Shown: positions 1 to 8,845 of the stretch, one piece after another | Numbering within the stretch: the first letter of the stretch is position 1 | Layout of the letters: each line of letters begins with the position of its first letter | Notes under the pieces: generated by a model | Databases searched by the model: none | Told to the model about the DNA's origin: nothing | What the model saw: only the letters and a program-made list of their open reading frames with translations | Made by a program: the position numbers and the translations under genes | Assembly: GCA_037446635.1 (NCBI GenBank) | Contig: JBBIIG010000029.1 | Span: 1 to 56,460 of the forward strand | Origin: a bacterium | GTDB taxonomy: Bacteria; Zhuqueibacterota; Zhuqueibacteria; Oceanimicrobiales; Oceanimicrobiaceae | Length of the DNA: 56,460 bases | Reading direction: 5' to 3'

Positions 1-701
1 AACGCCGCTTCCATCGAATCGACGATTTCGAATTTGGTGCCAGCCTTTTTCGCGTTGGCGCGCGCAGCTTCGAGGGTAGGTTTCATCAGCGTGTATTCCG
101 GCGGATGCGCCAGCACCACATCCAGTCCAAAGCGCGGCATCAGCATAATCAATCCCTGCGGTACCGACATCGGTTTGGCATACGACGGCGCGTAGGCCCA
201 TGAAACCGCGATTTTTCTTCCGCGCAAATTTTTACCAAAAATTTCGCGAATGGTCATCAAGTCCGCCAGCGTCTGGCAGGGATGATCGACATCGCACTGC
301 ATGTTGATGACCGGCTTGTCCGCCCATTTGGCGATTTCGCGCATGTAGCTGTTGCCTTCGCCGGGGACGAGATCATGACGCACCGCGATGCCGTGGCCGT
401 ACGACGACAGAATGATGCCGGTGTCTTTCGGGCTTTCGCCGTGAGCAATCTGCGACGTGGAGGACTCGATAAAATGCGCGTGCCCGCCCAACTGCGTGAT
501 GCCGGCTTCAAAGGAGTTGCGGGTGCGGGTGGATTTGTCAAAAAATAAGAGGAAGATGGTTTTATCGGGCAAATAGCGATGCGGCACGCCGTTTTTGAAT
601 TTGCCTTTTAGATCCGCGGCGGTGTCTAACGCCAGTTCGATTTCCGCGTCGCTCCAATCCTGGGTGGAGATGTAGTCTTTGCCTTTGAGGGTTTGGTTCA
701 T
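1..701 (-). CDS. Ornithine/aspartate carbamoyltransferase family protein, YgeW-like knotted transcarbamylase (3' end outside window)
   Basis: Manual translation from ATG 701 (RBS GGAAGGAG upstream): MNQTLKGKDYISTQDW...DKSTRTRNSFE (carbamoyl-phosphate motif)...HPCQTLAD...SWAYAPSYAKPMSVPQG, the last resembling YgeW WAYSPSYGKPLSVPQG. Not in the ORF track because it has no stop in the window. Confidence 0.85.
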   Translation of the reverse strand, partial: MNQTLKGKDYISTQDWSDAEIELALDTAADLKGKFKNGVPHRYLPDKTIFLLFFDKSTRTRNSFEAGITQLGGHAHFIESSTSQIAHGESPKDTGIILSSYGHGIAVRHDLVPGEGNSYMREIAKWADKPVINMQCDVDHPCQTLADLMTIREIFGKNLRGRKIAVSWAYAPSYAKPMSVPQGLIMLMPRFGLDVVLAHPPEYTLMKPTLEAARANAKKAGTKFEIVDSMEAA

Positions 702-719
702 GAGTGCTCCTTCCAATAA

Positions 720-1793
720 TTAGTCTTCATCGTCAAATAAGCTTGGCTGAATTCTCTTTGAGAGATCCAGGGTCTCGGGCTTAAATTTCATAAGCTGTTT
801 AAGCAACTCTGCTTGGGTTGCTTTATTACTGATATTAAATGCCCACCCAACTTGAGTCTTGTAGCTCATGCATTTTCTAAGCGGTTCATCGAAAGCACTC
901 GCTACGTTCATAAGAAAATCTTTAACGATCCTTCTTAAGTGTTTCTTAGCTTCGTTATCTTCCCAAATCTCATAGAGTCCGAAGGTAGCAGAATTTAGAA
1001 ATCCCTCAGTTGTGAACACCAGTGAAGCCGGCATATCCGCTCCACCTATCTCACTAATGATATGACTAAGGATTCTTTCAAACAATATTCTTCGACAGAA
1101 TTCCTGTTCTTCTTTGGACTGCTGATCCATGCAGTTTGGATCGTATGGAATGAAATACAAAGGGCGGGGATCGCTATCTTCTTCGAGTTGAATAACTTCA
1201 ACAGGAGATGGTCTTCCAAGACTTAGATGGCGTTCAACCGTTTCGGAGAATTCTAAAAAAATCCCAGTCTGAGACGAAGTTAAGCCAAAACAGCCATGGG
1301 CTCCGGGTTCTAGCTTTAGATTTCTAATTTCTCGTGAAAGAATATCGAAAGTCTCGTCCATTAATTGCATCTGCGATGAGCCAATCAAATAGCACAGTAA
1401 TCCTAAATTTTGGCCTCTTCCTCCCAAACCCAAAACTTCAAAGACGATTGGCCCGGCAAGCAATAGTAGTGTTGTTGCCTGCTTTGCATTTGATGACGCT
1501 GAGCTGAAGGACGAGGCTTTGCATTCGAGGATACAGTATTTCTTGGATGCCTTAATAGACTCTAAAATTAAGTCGGGTCTCGCGCCATCTTGACAGTCCA
1601 ACTTGTCTCCAATAGAAATTCTAATATCTGGCGGCAATGCGAGCAGCGGCCCTATTGAATAAATATTCAATCCGGATTCATAGAACAAAGGATAAACATA
1701 GGAGTGCTCCCGAGCTTGTGGCTGCGTTAGCCAAATTGCCAGATTCAATTGAAATAAAGCGTCTTTGCAAAGCTCGTCGATACTAGGGTTCAT
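720..1793 (-). CDS. Hypothetical protein with putative PD-(D/E)xK nuclease motif
   Basis: 357-aa ORF, AT-rich relative to flanks; motif RPDLIL...CILECKAS; start overlaps the end of the upstream gene by 11 nt. Confidence 0.7.
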   Translation of the reverse strand: MNPSIDELCKDALFQLNLAIWLTQPQAREHSYVYPLFYESGLNIYSIGPLLALPPDIRISIGDKLDCQDGARPDLILESIKASKKYCILECKASSFSSASSNAKQATTLLLLAGPIVFEVLGLGGRGQNLGLLCYLIGSSQMQLMDETFDILSREIRNLKLEPGAHGCFGLTSSQTGIFLEFSETVERHLSLGRPSPVEVIQLEEDSDPRPLYFIPYDPNCMDQQSKEEQEFCRRILFERILSHIISEIGGADMPASLVFTTEGFLNSATFGLYEIWEDNEAKKHLRRIVKDFLMNVASAFDEPLRKCMSYKTQVGWAFNISNKATQAELLKQLMKFKPETLDLSKRIQPSLFDDED

Positions 1794-3042
1794 ACTTCAC
1801 CGCCTTAGACGACTGCTCAACCATTTCCTTGTATTCGACATCTCCAATGTAAGCCTTGGCGGATGGATCGATATACTTCTGAATATTGCAAATGAGACGG
1901 TGAATTGTGTTTCCACAGGTTCCCTTGGGCAATATGGCCATTAAATGTTTGTCGGTTAATTCAAGAAAAATGGGCTTCCAAAGATGTCGATCTATTCCAT
2001 AAACATGAACTTTTTTGGGCCCGAGAATGATTGGATTACCCCAAAGTCGAAAGCGATTATTTAATCGTCCGAAGCTCGATTTGATCCAATAATCAAAAGT
2101 GTCTTTGCTCAGAGATTCACCAAAAATGATTGTCACGGGCGAGCCGATTATTTTCTGAAATTGACCAGGTTTGGCAACGGTTTCATTAGAATACCATGCT
2201 TTCTCTTCCGTCATCTTCATTAGGCGATCGTAAATCCTTTGCACGTAGATAATATGAGACCTGTGATCTCTAAAATTGCCACTCCTGTTTGTGACTTTGC
2301 CGTTGTCAAAAAAATCATGTCCACCTCTTCCAATAGGAGATGGAAATCTTAATTGACTTATTGCATAAAGTGGTGAATAAAGATTTTGAAGCTGACTTAG
2401 TTTTTCTTGGACAACCGAAATTTTGTCAACAAGTTTGAACTTTGATGCTCTTCTTTCAACAATTTGTGTCAGCTCCTCTTCGTCATGAAGCAAGGAGTTT
2501 TCGTCCTCATCTTCGAGTTCGTCGTCGTGAGCTTCGGAATCAATTTGATATAAACTCTCGTGCACAAATAATATACTGGCATATCTATGAGGTTTACTTA
2601 ATTGGACCACTCTTTGCCATAACACATTAAACGTAAGTCCGCTTAGCCACACATGATCCAATTCCGGCGAATGGATTACAAGATGTTTTACCCACTTATC
2701 AGCGTCTTTGCTTTCGTGCAGCGTATAAAACACAAAATATCTATTTGTCAAAACTTCAATAAAGCCTATGCCTTTGCCATTTTCTCTTTTATCAAAAACA
2801 CTGAAGAGCGATTCCTCAATCTCTTTCAACTCAATTCCGAGAGAGAATAAAAGCTCTTGAATCTGCCTTTGCCTTCCAGTATGGCCCGTATATTCAATCA
2901 TATAACTTTTGACCAATGGCCGCTTCACTTTCCGTTCATCCAATTCCTCCATACGTTCGGATGAATATCCGTCCAGATAACGAATCATTCCCTCTCGTGA
3001 GTTTATGGATTTTATTTCTTTGAAAATATCAATACCAAGCAT
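1783..3042 (-). CDS. Hypothetical protein of unrecognised family
   Basis: 419-aa AT-rich ORF with GGAG RBS, a central acidic loop (DDELEDEDE) and C-terminal FRLWG...GTCGNTIHRL motifs. Confidence 0.75.
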   Translation of the reverse strand: MLGIDIFKEIKSINSREGMIRYLDGYSSERMEELDERKVKRPLVKSYMIEYTGHTGRQRQIQELLFSLGIELKEIEESLFSVFDKRENGKGIGFIEVLTNRYFVFYTLHESKDADKWVKHLVIHSPELDHVWLSGLTFNVLWQRVVQLSKPHRYASILFVHESLYQIDSEAHDDELEDEDENSLLHDEEELTQIVERRASKFKLVDKISVVQEKLSQLQNLYSPLYAISQLRFPSPIGRGGHDFFDNGKVTNRSGNFRDHRSHIIYVQRIYDRLMKMTEEKAWYSNETVAKPGQFQKIIGSPVTIIFGESLSKDTFDYWIKSSFGRLNNRFRLWGNPIILGPKKVHVYGIDRHLWKPIFLELTDKHLMAILPKGTCGNTIHRLICNIQKYIDPSAKAYIGDVEYKEMVEQSSKAVKYEP

Positions 3043-3245
3043 TTTTTCTCCACAAGTGGGTGGTTTAGTTTTTATGAAACGTGCGCATCAAAATATAAAA
3101 AACGAGACCAAAAAGCAAATGCCGATTCCGTTAAAACGGACTGGAGAAAATTTGTGAAGGCAGGGGGCCCTCCTGACCGCCACTATTTTTCCGCGACGCA
3201 GATCCGCTAAGCGGACAAAATCGAAAATTTGGGAAGGAAACATTC

Positions 3246-4847
3246 TCACAAATAATCTTTTCGCAGCAGCAACTTTATCATCCCCGGCACGGCGCGCAAT
3301 CTCTTCCAAATTGTATTTTCGTGGAGAAATTCCAACAGTGAGCTAAACCCGCACGGCAAATCTCGATTGTACCGAAACCACCAGAGATCGTTGTCCACCA
3401 AACGCTTGACGGCCTTTCCCAATATCCTATTAAAAAGCGGTCGATCTAAATTAATGTATTTTGGCCGAACCAACTCCATGATGCCCCAGGGGCCATGACT
3501 GACGCCGATGGCGCTGTTTTTGTATCCGGTGTAGGGCGCTTCGCTTTGCGCGATGTGTAGAAAAATATCATTGATGAGCACCGCACCGGCCTTAATTTTT
3601 TGCGCAATCTTGAGGCCGCGCTCACGGTCCCGCGTCCACACGCTGGCGGACAAACCGAAGTTAGAGTCGTTGGCGAGAAACGCGGCTTCATCATCGGTGA
3701 TGAACGGCGTGACGATCATCACCGGCCCAAAAATTTCGTCCCTGGCAATGTTCATTGCAGCGGTTACGTTCGTGAGAATGGTCGGCTCAAAATACCAACC
3801 TTCCTGATTGCGAACGGGTTTGCCTCCCAAACGGACAACGGCGCCCTTTTGGGCGGCGTCGTTGACCAGCCGTTCAATTTTAGCCAACTGCTGGTGGGAA
3901 ATTAAAGACGAAATCTCACCTTCTTCCGAGTCGTTCGCTTTCAATCGCAGCGCGCGCGCTTTGTCGATCAATTCTTCCAGAAATGGCTCGAAAATGGACT
4001 CTTGAACAAACAGCCGCTCTACCGATAAGCACGCTTGGCCGGCGTTGGTGAATCCACCCCACAACGCGGCGTTCACCGCGCGTTTCCGATTGGCATCTTC
4101 CAAGACAATCATCGCATCGCTGCCGCCGAGTTCCATGTTGACGGGCGTCAAATTCTCCGCCGCAGATTGATAGATTTTTCTGCCCACTTCCGTGCTGCCG
4201 GTGAAGCAAATCTTGTCAACTTTTGCGCTGGTCAACGCGCTGCCGATATCGGCCAGGCCGGTGACGATCTCAAGCACACCTTTGGGCAAATAGCTGCGAT
4301 CAAACACTTCGCGAATCTTGAGTCCCATCTGAGTGGCATGTTCCGATGGTTTATGGATTACCACATTTCCCACCAGCAGCGCCGGCACAATGTGGTGCAT
4401 GGCCAGCAAAAAAGGAAAATTCCAGGAGGAAATCACCAAGACGACGCCCAGCGGCTCATAGCGCACGTAACCCGTTCTAATTTTCAGCAGCGGGTTCGAA
4501 GCGGCGACTTTCTGATCTTGTAAAAATTTCGGGATGTATTTGAGGTAGTATTTAAAACAATCGAGCACCACCAGAACTTCGGTGTAGGCTTCAACAATAT
4601 GTTTGCCAGTTTCCTCAGAAATCAAGCGCGCAATTTCATCCCGCGCCAGAAAGAACTCGCGATGGGCTTTGCGGAACAACTCCAAACGGGTTTGCAAGCT
4701 CAGCTCCGACCAGGTTTCAAAAGCGGAGCGGGCTTTGGCAAGAACGGCTGGTATCTCCTCAGGCGGGGTGCTGGCGAAGGCGGCAATGGTTTGTCCGGAG
4801 CCAGGGTGGATGGAGAAGAGTTTGCCGGCGTCAATTTTAAGCGCCAT
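3246..4847 (-). CDS. Aldehyde dehydrogenase family protein
   Basis: SWNFP, FTGSTEVG, ELGGSDA, catalytic NAGQAC and EIFGPV motifs. Confidence 0.93.
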   Translation of the reverse strand: MALKIDAGKLFSIHPGSGQTIAAFASTPPEEIPAVLAKARSAFETWSELSLQTRLELFRKAHREFFLARDEIARLISEETGKHIVEAYTEVLVVLDCFKYYLKYIPKFLQDQKVAASNPLLKIRTGYVRYEPLGVVLVISSWNFPFLLAMHHIVPALLVGNVVIHKPSEHATQMGLKIREVFDRSYLPKGVLEIVTGLADIGSALTSAKVDKICFTGSTEVGRKIYQSAAENLTPVNMELGGSDAMIVLEDANRKRAVNAALWGGFTNAGQACLSVERLFVQESIFEPFLEELIDKARALRLKANDSEEGEISSLISHQQLAKIERLVNDAAQKGAVVRLGGKPVRNQEGWYFEPTILTNVTAAMNIARDEIFGPVMIVTPFITDDEAAFLANDSNFGLSASVWTRDRERGLKIAQKIKAGAVLINDIFLHIAQSEAPYTGYKNSAIGVSHGPWGIMELVRPKYINLDRPLFNRILGKAVKRLVDNDLWWFRYNRDLPCGFSSLLEFLHENTIWKRLRAVPGMIKLLLRKDYL

Positions 4848-4867
4848 AGCGGAGGCCGGTTTGGAAC

Positions 4868-5098
4868 TCAGTTCAAATTCAAAAATTTGAGCATTTCGTT
4901 GTCAAGAAACCGGCTGTGCTCGTCGTTCAGCGGGTCGAGTCGGTACTCGTTCATGAGCATGAGCTGCTGGCTCACCCACGCCTGCCAACAGTCGCGGCAA
5001 GTTGCGGCGAGAATTTTATCGCCCAACTCATTTTTGAAAGGGCGCTCGTCTAACCCCTGCTTTTCATTACCACAGCGAGCGCATTTTATTTTTGACAT
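4868..5098 (-). CDS. yggX: Fe(II)-trafficking / oxidative damage protection protein (YggX family)
   Basis: PF.NELG.KI...C..CW..W...Q.ML.NEYRL pattern, 76 aa. Confidence 0.85.
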   Translation of the reverse strand: MSKIKCARCGNEKQGLDERPFKNELGDKILAATCRDCWQAWVSQQLMLMNEYRLDPLNDEHSRFLDNEMLKFLNLN

Positions 5099-5112
5099 CC
5101 TGCCTCCACACT

Positions 5113-6507
5113 TTAGTTGATCATCTCTGAAACGCGCACCAGTTGGTAGCCGCGCTCCCGCAGGCCGTCGATAATCTCGGTCAGTTTGTGATGGGGAAAA
5201 TCATCCTGGCGCAGCGTTCCCAGGTGCATGATGATGATGGCGCCGTTGGCGCCGCTCTCCGAGCCGTTGCCGAAATTGAGAATCTTATTGAGAATTTCTT
5301 CCGCCGAACGGTACGACGGCGAGGTGCTGTCGGCAACCCAATCCATCGTGTCCATGTTGCCTTCCCAACCGTTTCCAATAGTCCAGCCCACGTGGCGATA
5401 GCCCAGCTCTGCCGCCCAGCGGCGAATCTCGAGGTTGTGTTCGCCGTAAGGCGCTCGCCACAACGGCGCAAATGACGCGCCCGTCAATTTTGTAAATTCC
5501 TCAGCAGCGGCGTTCAATTCCTGGTGCAAAAACTCGCGCGTTATTTCCGGGCGGGTTACATGAATGCGATCGCTGGTAAAATTGGTGAGGTGAGGATGGC
5601 GATTGGTATGGTTGCCGATCTCGTGGCCATCTGCAACCATGCGCATCACCACCTCCGGGAATTTGCGAATAAAGGTTCCGGAAAGGAACATCGTGCTCCT
5701 CACGCCCCGCGATTTTAGCGCGTCGAGAATTTCGCCGCTGGCGTTGGCGAGATAGCCGCCATCGAAAGTCAAAGCGACCTTGCGCTCGGAGAAGTCGCCG
5801 CGCGTGATATCTTTGGATAAAAAATTCAGCGTCGGGTTGGAGAAATCGAAACGCACTGTCTCCATCGCGGTAACCTCGCCGTTTTCTGAAATCGCGCGAA
5901 TCGTAAACGTATTTTTGCCGCGATGAGCTCGGACACCAGAAAATTGAAAGCGGCCGTCGTGCGGCAAAGTCACGGCTTCGATGGCATCGTCTATCGTCAG
6001 CGTGATGATTTGATTTTCCTCGGCCTCGCCTTCGATGGTGATGGTGTTGGATACGACCATGCCGCCCGGAGTCGGCGCCAAAATCGCGAGGGGCTTTCGA
6101 TTCACCATCGGTGCACTTTTTCCGTTGCGGCCGTTATTTTGGACGGCGAGTTGGGCTTGCAACGAGTCGAGCCGTTTACGATAATCGATTTGCAGCCAAA
6201 GCACAAACACCATCAGCGAGAAAAGCGACACGTGCACCAGCAACATGCGGTCGAGCTTCCGCCAAAATTTGAAAATGGATTTGAGCGATTGCGCAGACCG
6301 CCGCGAAGATGGCTTCGTTTTAACGGCACCGGGAGGTTCCGGGGGTGCGGGAGCGACGGCGTTTTGCTGATATTGCTTAAAACAGGCGAGGCTGCAAAAG
6401 TAATGGCGTTCAGCGAGAATCTGGCAATCTACACAGATGTAGGATTGGCACTGAAAGCATCGACGCTTGGAAGATATTTGTGGATGGTTTTTGCAATACC
6501 CTTTCAT
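5113..6507 (-). CDS. Membrane-anchored polysaccharide deacetylase (NodB/CE4) with N-terminal Cys/His zinc-finger region and Ig-like domain
   Basis: CKNHP...CFQC...CVDC...CSLAC N-terminus, TM helix, then ALTFDGG, HEIGNHTNRH, WRAPYG and IIIMHLG CE4 motifs. Confidence 0.85.
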   Translation of the reverse strand: MKGYCKNHPQISSKRRCFQCQSYICVDCQILAERHYFCSLACFKQYQQNAVAPAPPEPPGAVKTKPSSRRSAQSLKSIFKFWRKLDRMLLVHVSLFSLMVFVLWLQIDYRKRLDSLQAQLAVQNNGRNGKSAPMVNRKPLAILAPTPGGMVVSNTITIEGEAEENQIITLTIDDAIEAVTLPHDGRFQFSGVRAHRGKNTFTIRAISENGEVTAMETVRFDFSNPTLNFLSKDITRGDFSERKVALTFDGGYLANASGEILDALKSRGVRSTMFLSGTFIRKFPEVVMRMVADGHEIGNHTNRHPHLTNFTSDRIHVTRPEITREFLHQELNAAAEEFTKLTGASFAPLWRAPYGEHNLEIRRWAAELGYRHVGWTIGNGWEGNMDTMDWVADSTSPSYRSAEEILNKILNFGNGSESGANGAIIIMHLGTLRQDDFPHHKLTEIIDGLRERGYQLVRVSEMIN

Positions 6508-6537
6508 GTCCCCACGTTAGTTGAAAAAAGTGTTGTG

Positions 6538-6566
6538 AGTTTAGAACTAATTAGCAAGAAAGTCAA
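6538..6566 (-). promoter_or_regulatory. Putative sigma70 promoter for the deacetylase-yggX-aldehyde dehydrogenase run
   Basis: TTGACT-N17-TAAACT on the minus strand, about 30 nt upstream of ATG 6507. Confidence 0.55.
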
Positions 6567-6786
6567 GCAAAATTACAGCGGCGCAGCAGTGGGTGCGGAA
6601 AAGAAAGCAGGGTTTAAAAAATTGAGCTTTGTACTATGCTGAGACACTGTAATGAACTACAACGTCGATTTTTCTAAAAAAATTTTTCTTAAAGCAAACG
6701 ATCCCTGAAAAGCGGCAATTGTAATTTTATTTATTTAATAGATGTTACCAACGTGTGAACTGCAGATGATGCGACTCGCAAAAAAC

Positions 6787-6802
6787 TGGCATAATAGTTG
6801 AT
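6787..6802 (+). promoter_or_regulatory. Possible sigma54 (-24/-12) promoter
   Basis: TGGCATAATAGTTGAT: correct GG-to-TTG spacing, but GA instead of GC at -12. Confidence 0.35.
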
Positions 6803-6877
6803 AAAATAGAGGCAACGTTGAATGCGAAGCAAGTTTACTTGCTGACAATAGATTCTCCATCCACCCCTCCTTTCCCG

Positions 6878-6913
6878 AAACGGCGGAGCTAACGTTCCGC
6901 CGTTTTGGTTTTT
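6878..6913 (+). terminator. Intrinsic terminator-like hairpin overlapping the rluD stop (possibly bidirectional)
   Basis: AAACGGCGGA-N8-TCCGCCGTTT followed by a T-rich tail on the plus strand. Confidence 0.55.
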
Positions 6914-7881
6914 GGGGCTGCGCGCAAGCGTTCCAACAACTGCTTCATATCGTCGGGAAGGTCGGAGTCAAACCGCAGATACTCCTTTGTTACTGGGTGC
7001 AAAAATCCCAGGGTTTTGGCGTGCAGCGCCTGACGCGGCATGATTTCCAATAGCTCGGCGGCGAGTTGGCGCTCGCGGCTGGATAGTCCACCCAACTGGC
7101 GATTGCGACCACCGTACGTCAAATCGCCGAACACCGGATGCCCGATAAACGCGAGATGAACGCGAATCTGGTGGGTTCGCCCGGTCTCCAATTTGAGACT
7201 CAAAAGCGACATCATTCCAAATTCCTCCAACACCTTGTAAGTGGTGGCGGCTTCTTTACCGCGGGTATGCACCGTCATGCGCTTGCGATCTTTTGGGCTG
7301 CGTCCAATGAATGTGCTGATGCGATCGCTTTTTTTCTTGAATTTTCCCCACGCGATGGCCCAATATTCCCGCTCGGTTTCTTTGGCAGAAAATTGCTTGG
7401 ACAAATGTTGGTGGGCGTGATCGTTTTTAGCGATGACCATCAACCCGGAGGTGTCTTTGTCCAGGCGGTGCACGATGCCGGGGCGCTGCTTTCCGCCAAC
7501 AGAGGACAAATCGCCGCAATGGTGCAGCAGCGCGTTCACCATCGTGCCAGTGTAGTTGCCGAAGGCCGGATGCACCACCATTCCAGCAGGTTTGTTGACC
7601 ACCAGCAGGTTTTCGTCTTCATACAAAATATTCAGAGGGATGTCTTCCGGGAGGATGTCGTGCTTCTGCGGTTTGGGAATGAGAATTTCGATTTTTTGAT
7701 GGGGCGCGACGAGATGCCTGGCCTTGGCCGGAACGCCGTTGACCGTGACCTTGCCTTCGGCGATCACTTTTTGGATGCGCGATCGCGAAAGCGAGCCCAA
7801 CGTGTGAGTCAAAAAAAGATCGAGGCGCTCCTTCTGTTTGCCGGGCGGGACGATGATTTCATAAAATTTGTCCTCCTCCAT
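6889..7881 (-). CDS. rluD: RluA/RluD-family 23S rRNA pseudouridine synthase
   Basis: S4 domain (RLD...SRSRIQK), VNKPAGMVVHP, catalytic HRLDKDTSG, TGRTHQIRVH, RQALHA. Confidence 0.92.
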   Translation of the reverse strand: MEEDKFYEIIVPPGKQKERLDLFLTHTLGSLSRSRIQKVIAEGKVTVNGVPAKARHLVAPHQKIEILIPKPQKHDILPEDIPLNILYEDENLLVVNKPAGMVVHPAFGNYTGTMVNALLHHCGDLSSVGGKQRPGIVHRLDKDTSGLMVIAKNDHAHQHLSKQFSAKETEREYWAIAWGKFKKKSDRISTFIGRSPKDRKRMTVHTRGKEAATTYKVLEEFGMMSLLSLKLETGRTHQIRVHLAFIGHPVFGDLTYGGRNRQLGGLSSRERQLAAELLEIMPRQALHAKTLGFLHPVTKEYLRFDSDLPDDMKQLLERLRAAPKTKTAER

Positions 7882-7904
7882 AGGGATCGAGGTGGTGGGT
7901 TGAA

Positions 7905-8408
7905 TCAGGTGAAAGAATGGGGCTGCCTTTGCGCCACGGTTTTCTCTTGCCGCTCACGCTTAGGTTCTTTATCGAACAGCACCAGCGCCGCGAGAATGAT
8001 CATGCCAATGGTCACCGCGGCGTCAGCGAAATTGAAAATATACCAGCGGGTATTTTTGACGCCGATGTCGATGAAATCAATCACTTTGCCGTAAAGAAAG
8101 CGATCGATCAAATTGCCAATGGCGCCGCCTAAGATCAGCGCCAGCGCGAACCGCAGGGGCGTTTTTTCCGCACGTGCTTTTACAATATAAATGAAAATCA
8201 CCACCGTGGCGATGGCGGCGAACAGGGTGAAAAAAATCTGTCCGCCCACCTGAATCCCAAACGCCATGCCGGGGTTCTCGATGTAGGTCAAACGAATGAA
8301 ATCGCCAACGATTGGACGGGATTGGCCGTACTCAAAAAAATAGCGAACCAACAACTTCGATATTTGATCCACGACCACCACGACCACCGAGATGAGTAAA
8401 ACACGCAA
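7905..8408 (-). CDS. lspA: Lipoprotein signal peptidase II
   Basis: DQISK, NPGMAFG, GGAIGNLIDR, VIDFI and FNFAD motifs; TTG 8408 chosen because the longer ORF overlaps the upstream gene. Confidence 0.92.
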   Translation of the reverse strand: MRVLLISVVVVVVDQISKLLVRYFFEYGQSRPIVGDFIRLTYIENPGMAFGIQVGGQIFFTLFAAIATVVIFIYIVKARAEKTPLRFALALILGGAIGNLIDRFLYGKVIDFIDIGVKNTRWYIFNFADAAVTIGMIILAALVLFDKEPKRERQEKTVAQRQPHSFT

Positions 8409-8416
8409 GATGACCT

Positions 8417-8800
8417 TCAGGCTTTGACTTTGGTTTTCTCTTCGTTGGATTTGCAAGTGATGCACAAGCGCGCGTGCGGCACCGCTTCCAACCGCTCTTT
8501 GCCGATGGGTTTGCCGCATTCCTGGCATAATCCGTACGTTCCCTTTTCGATGCGCTCAATCGCCTGCTCGATGTGGTATAAAAACCTTCCCTCCTGAGTC
8601 GCGAAAAAAAACGCCTTCTCCCGTTCCATGTTATCGGTGCCCACGTCGGCCATATGGAAGGAGTACGCGGAATTTTCGCCGGCGGAATCCTTCACCGTCG
8701 AGGTCATTTCCTGCTCTTTTAATTTTCCCAAATTGTTGAGGATTTCTTCGCGTTTTGCCAACAATATTTTTTTGAAGTGATTCAGTTCCGATTTAGTCAT
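8417..8800 (-). CDS. TraR/DksA C4-type zinc-finger protein
   Basis: Coiled coil with HMADVGTD tip; YGLCQECGKPI...RLEAVPHARLCITC. Confidence 0.9.
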   Translation of the reverse strand: MTKSELNHFKKILLAKREEILNNLGKLKEQEMTSTVKDSAGENSAYSFHMADVGTDNMEREKAFFFATQEGRFLYHIEQAIERIEKGTYGLCQECGKPIGKERLEAVPHARLCITCKSNEEKTKVKA

Positions 8801-8845
8801 CCAAACCTCCGTATCCGAAATTTATCCCGTGTGTGAGTTGTGGCT

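Noticed and set aside
3043..3245. 73-aa ORF or attachment site upstream of the two-gene cassette
   Set aside because: The ORF overlaps the aldehyde dehydrogenase end and has no motifs; only small palindromes are present, and I found no direct repeat matching the other cassette boundary
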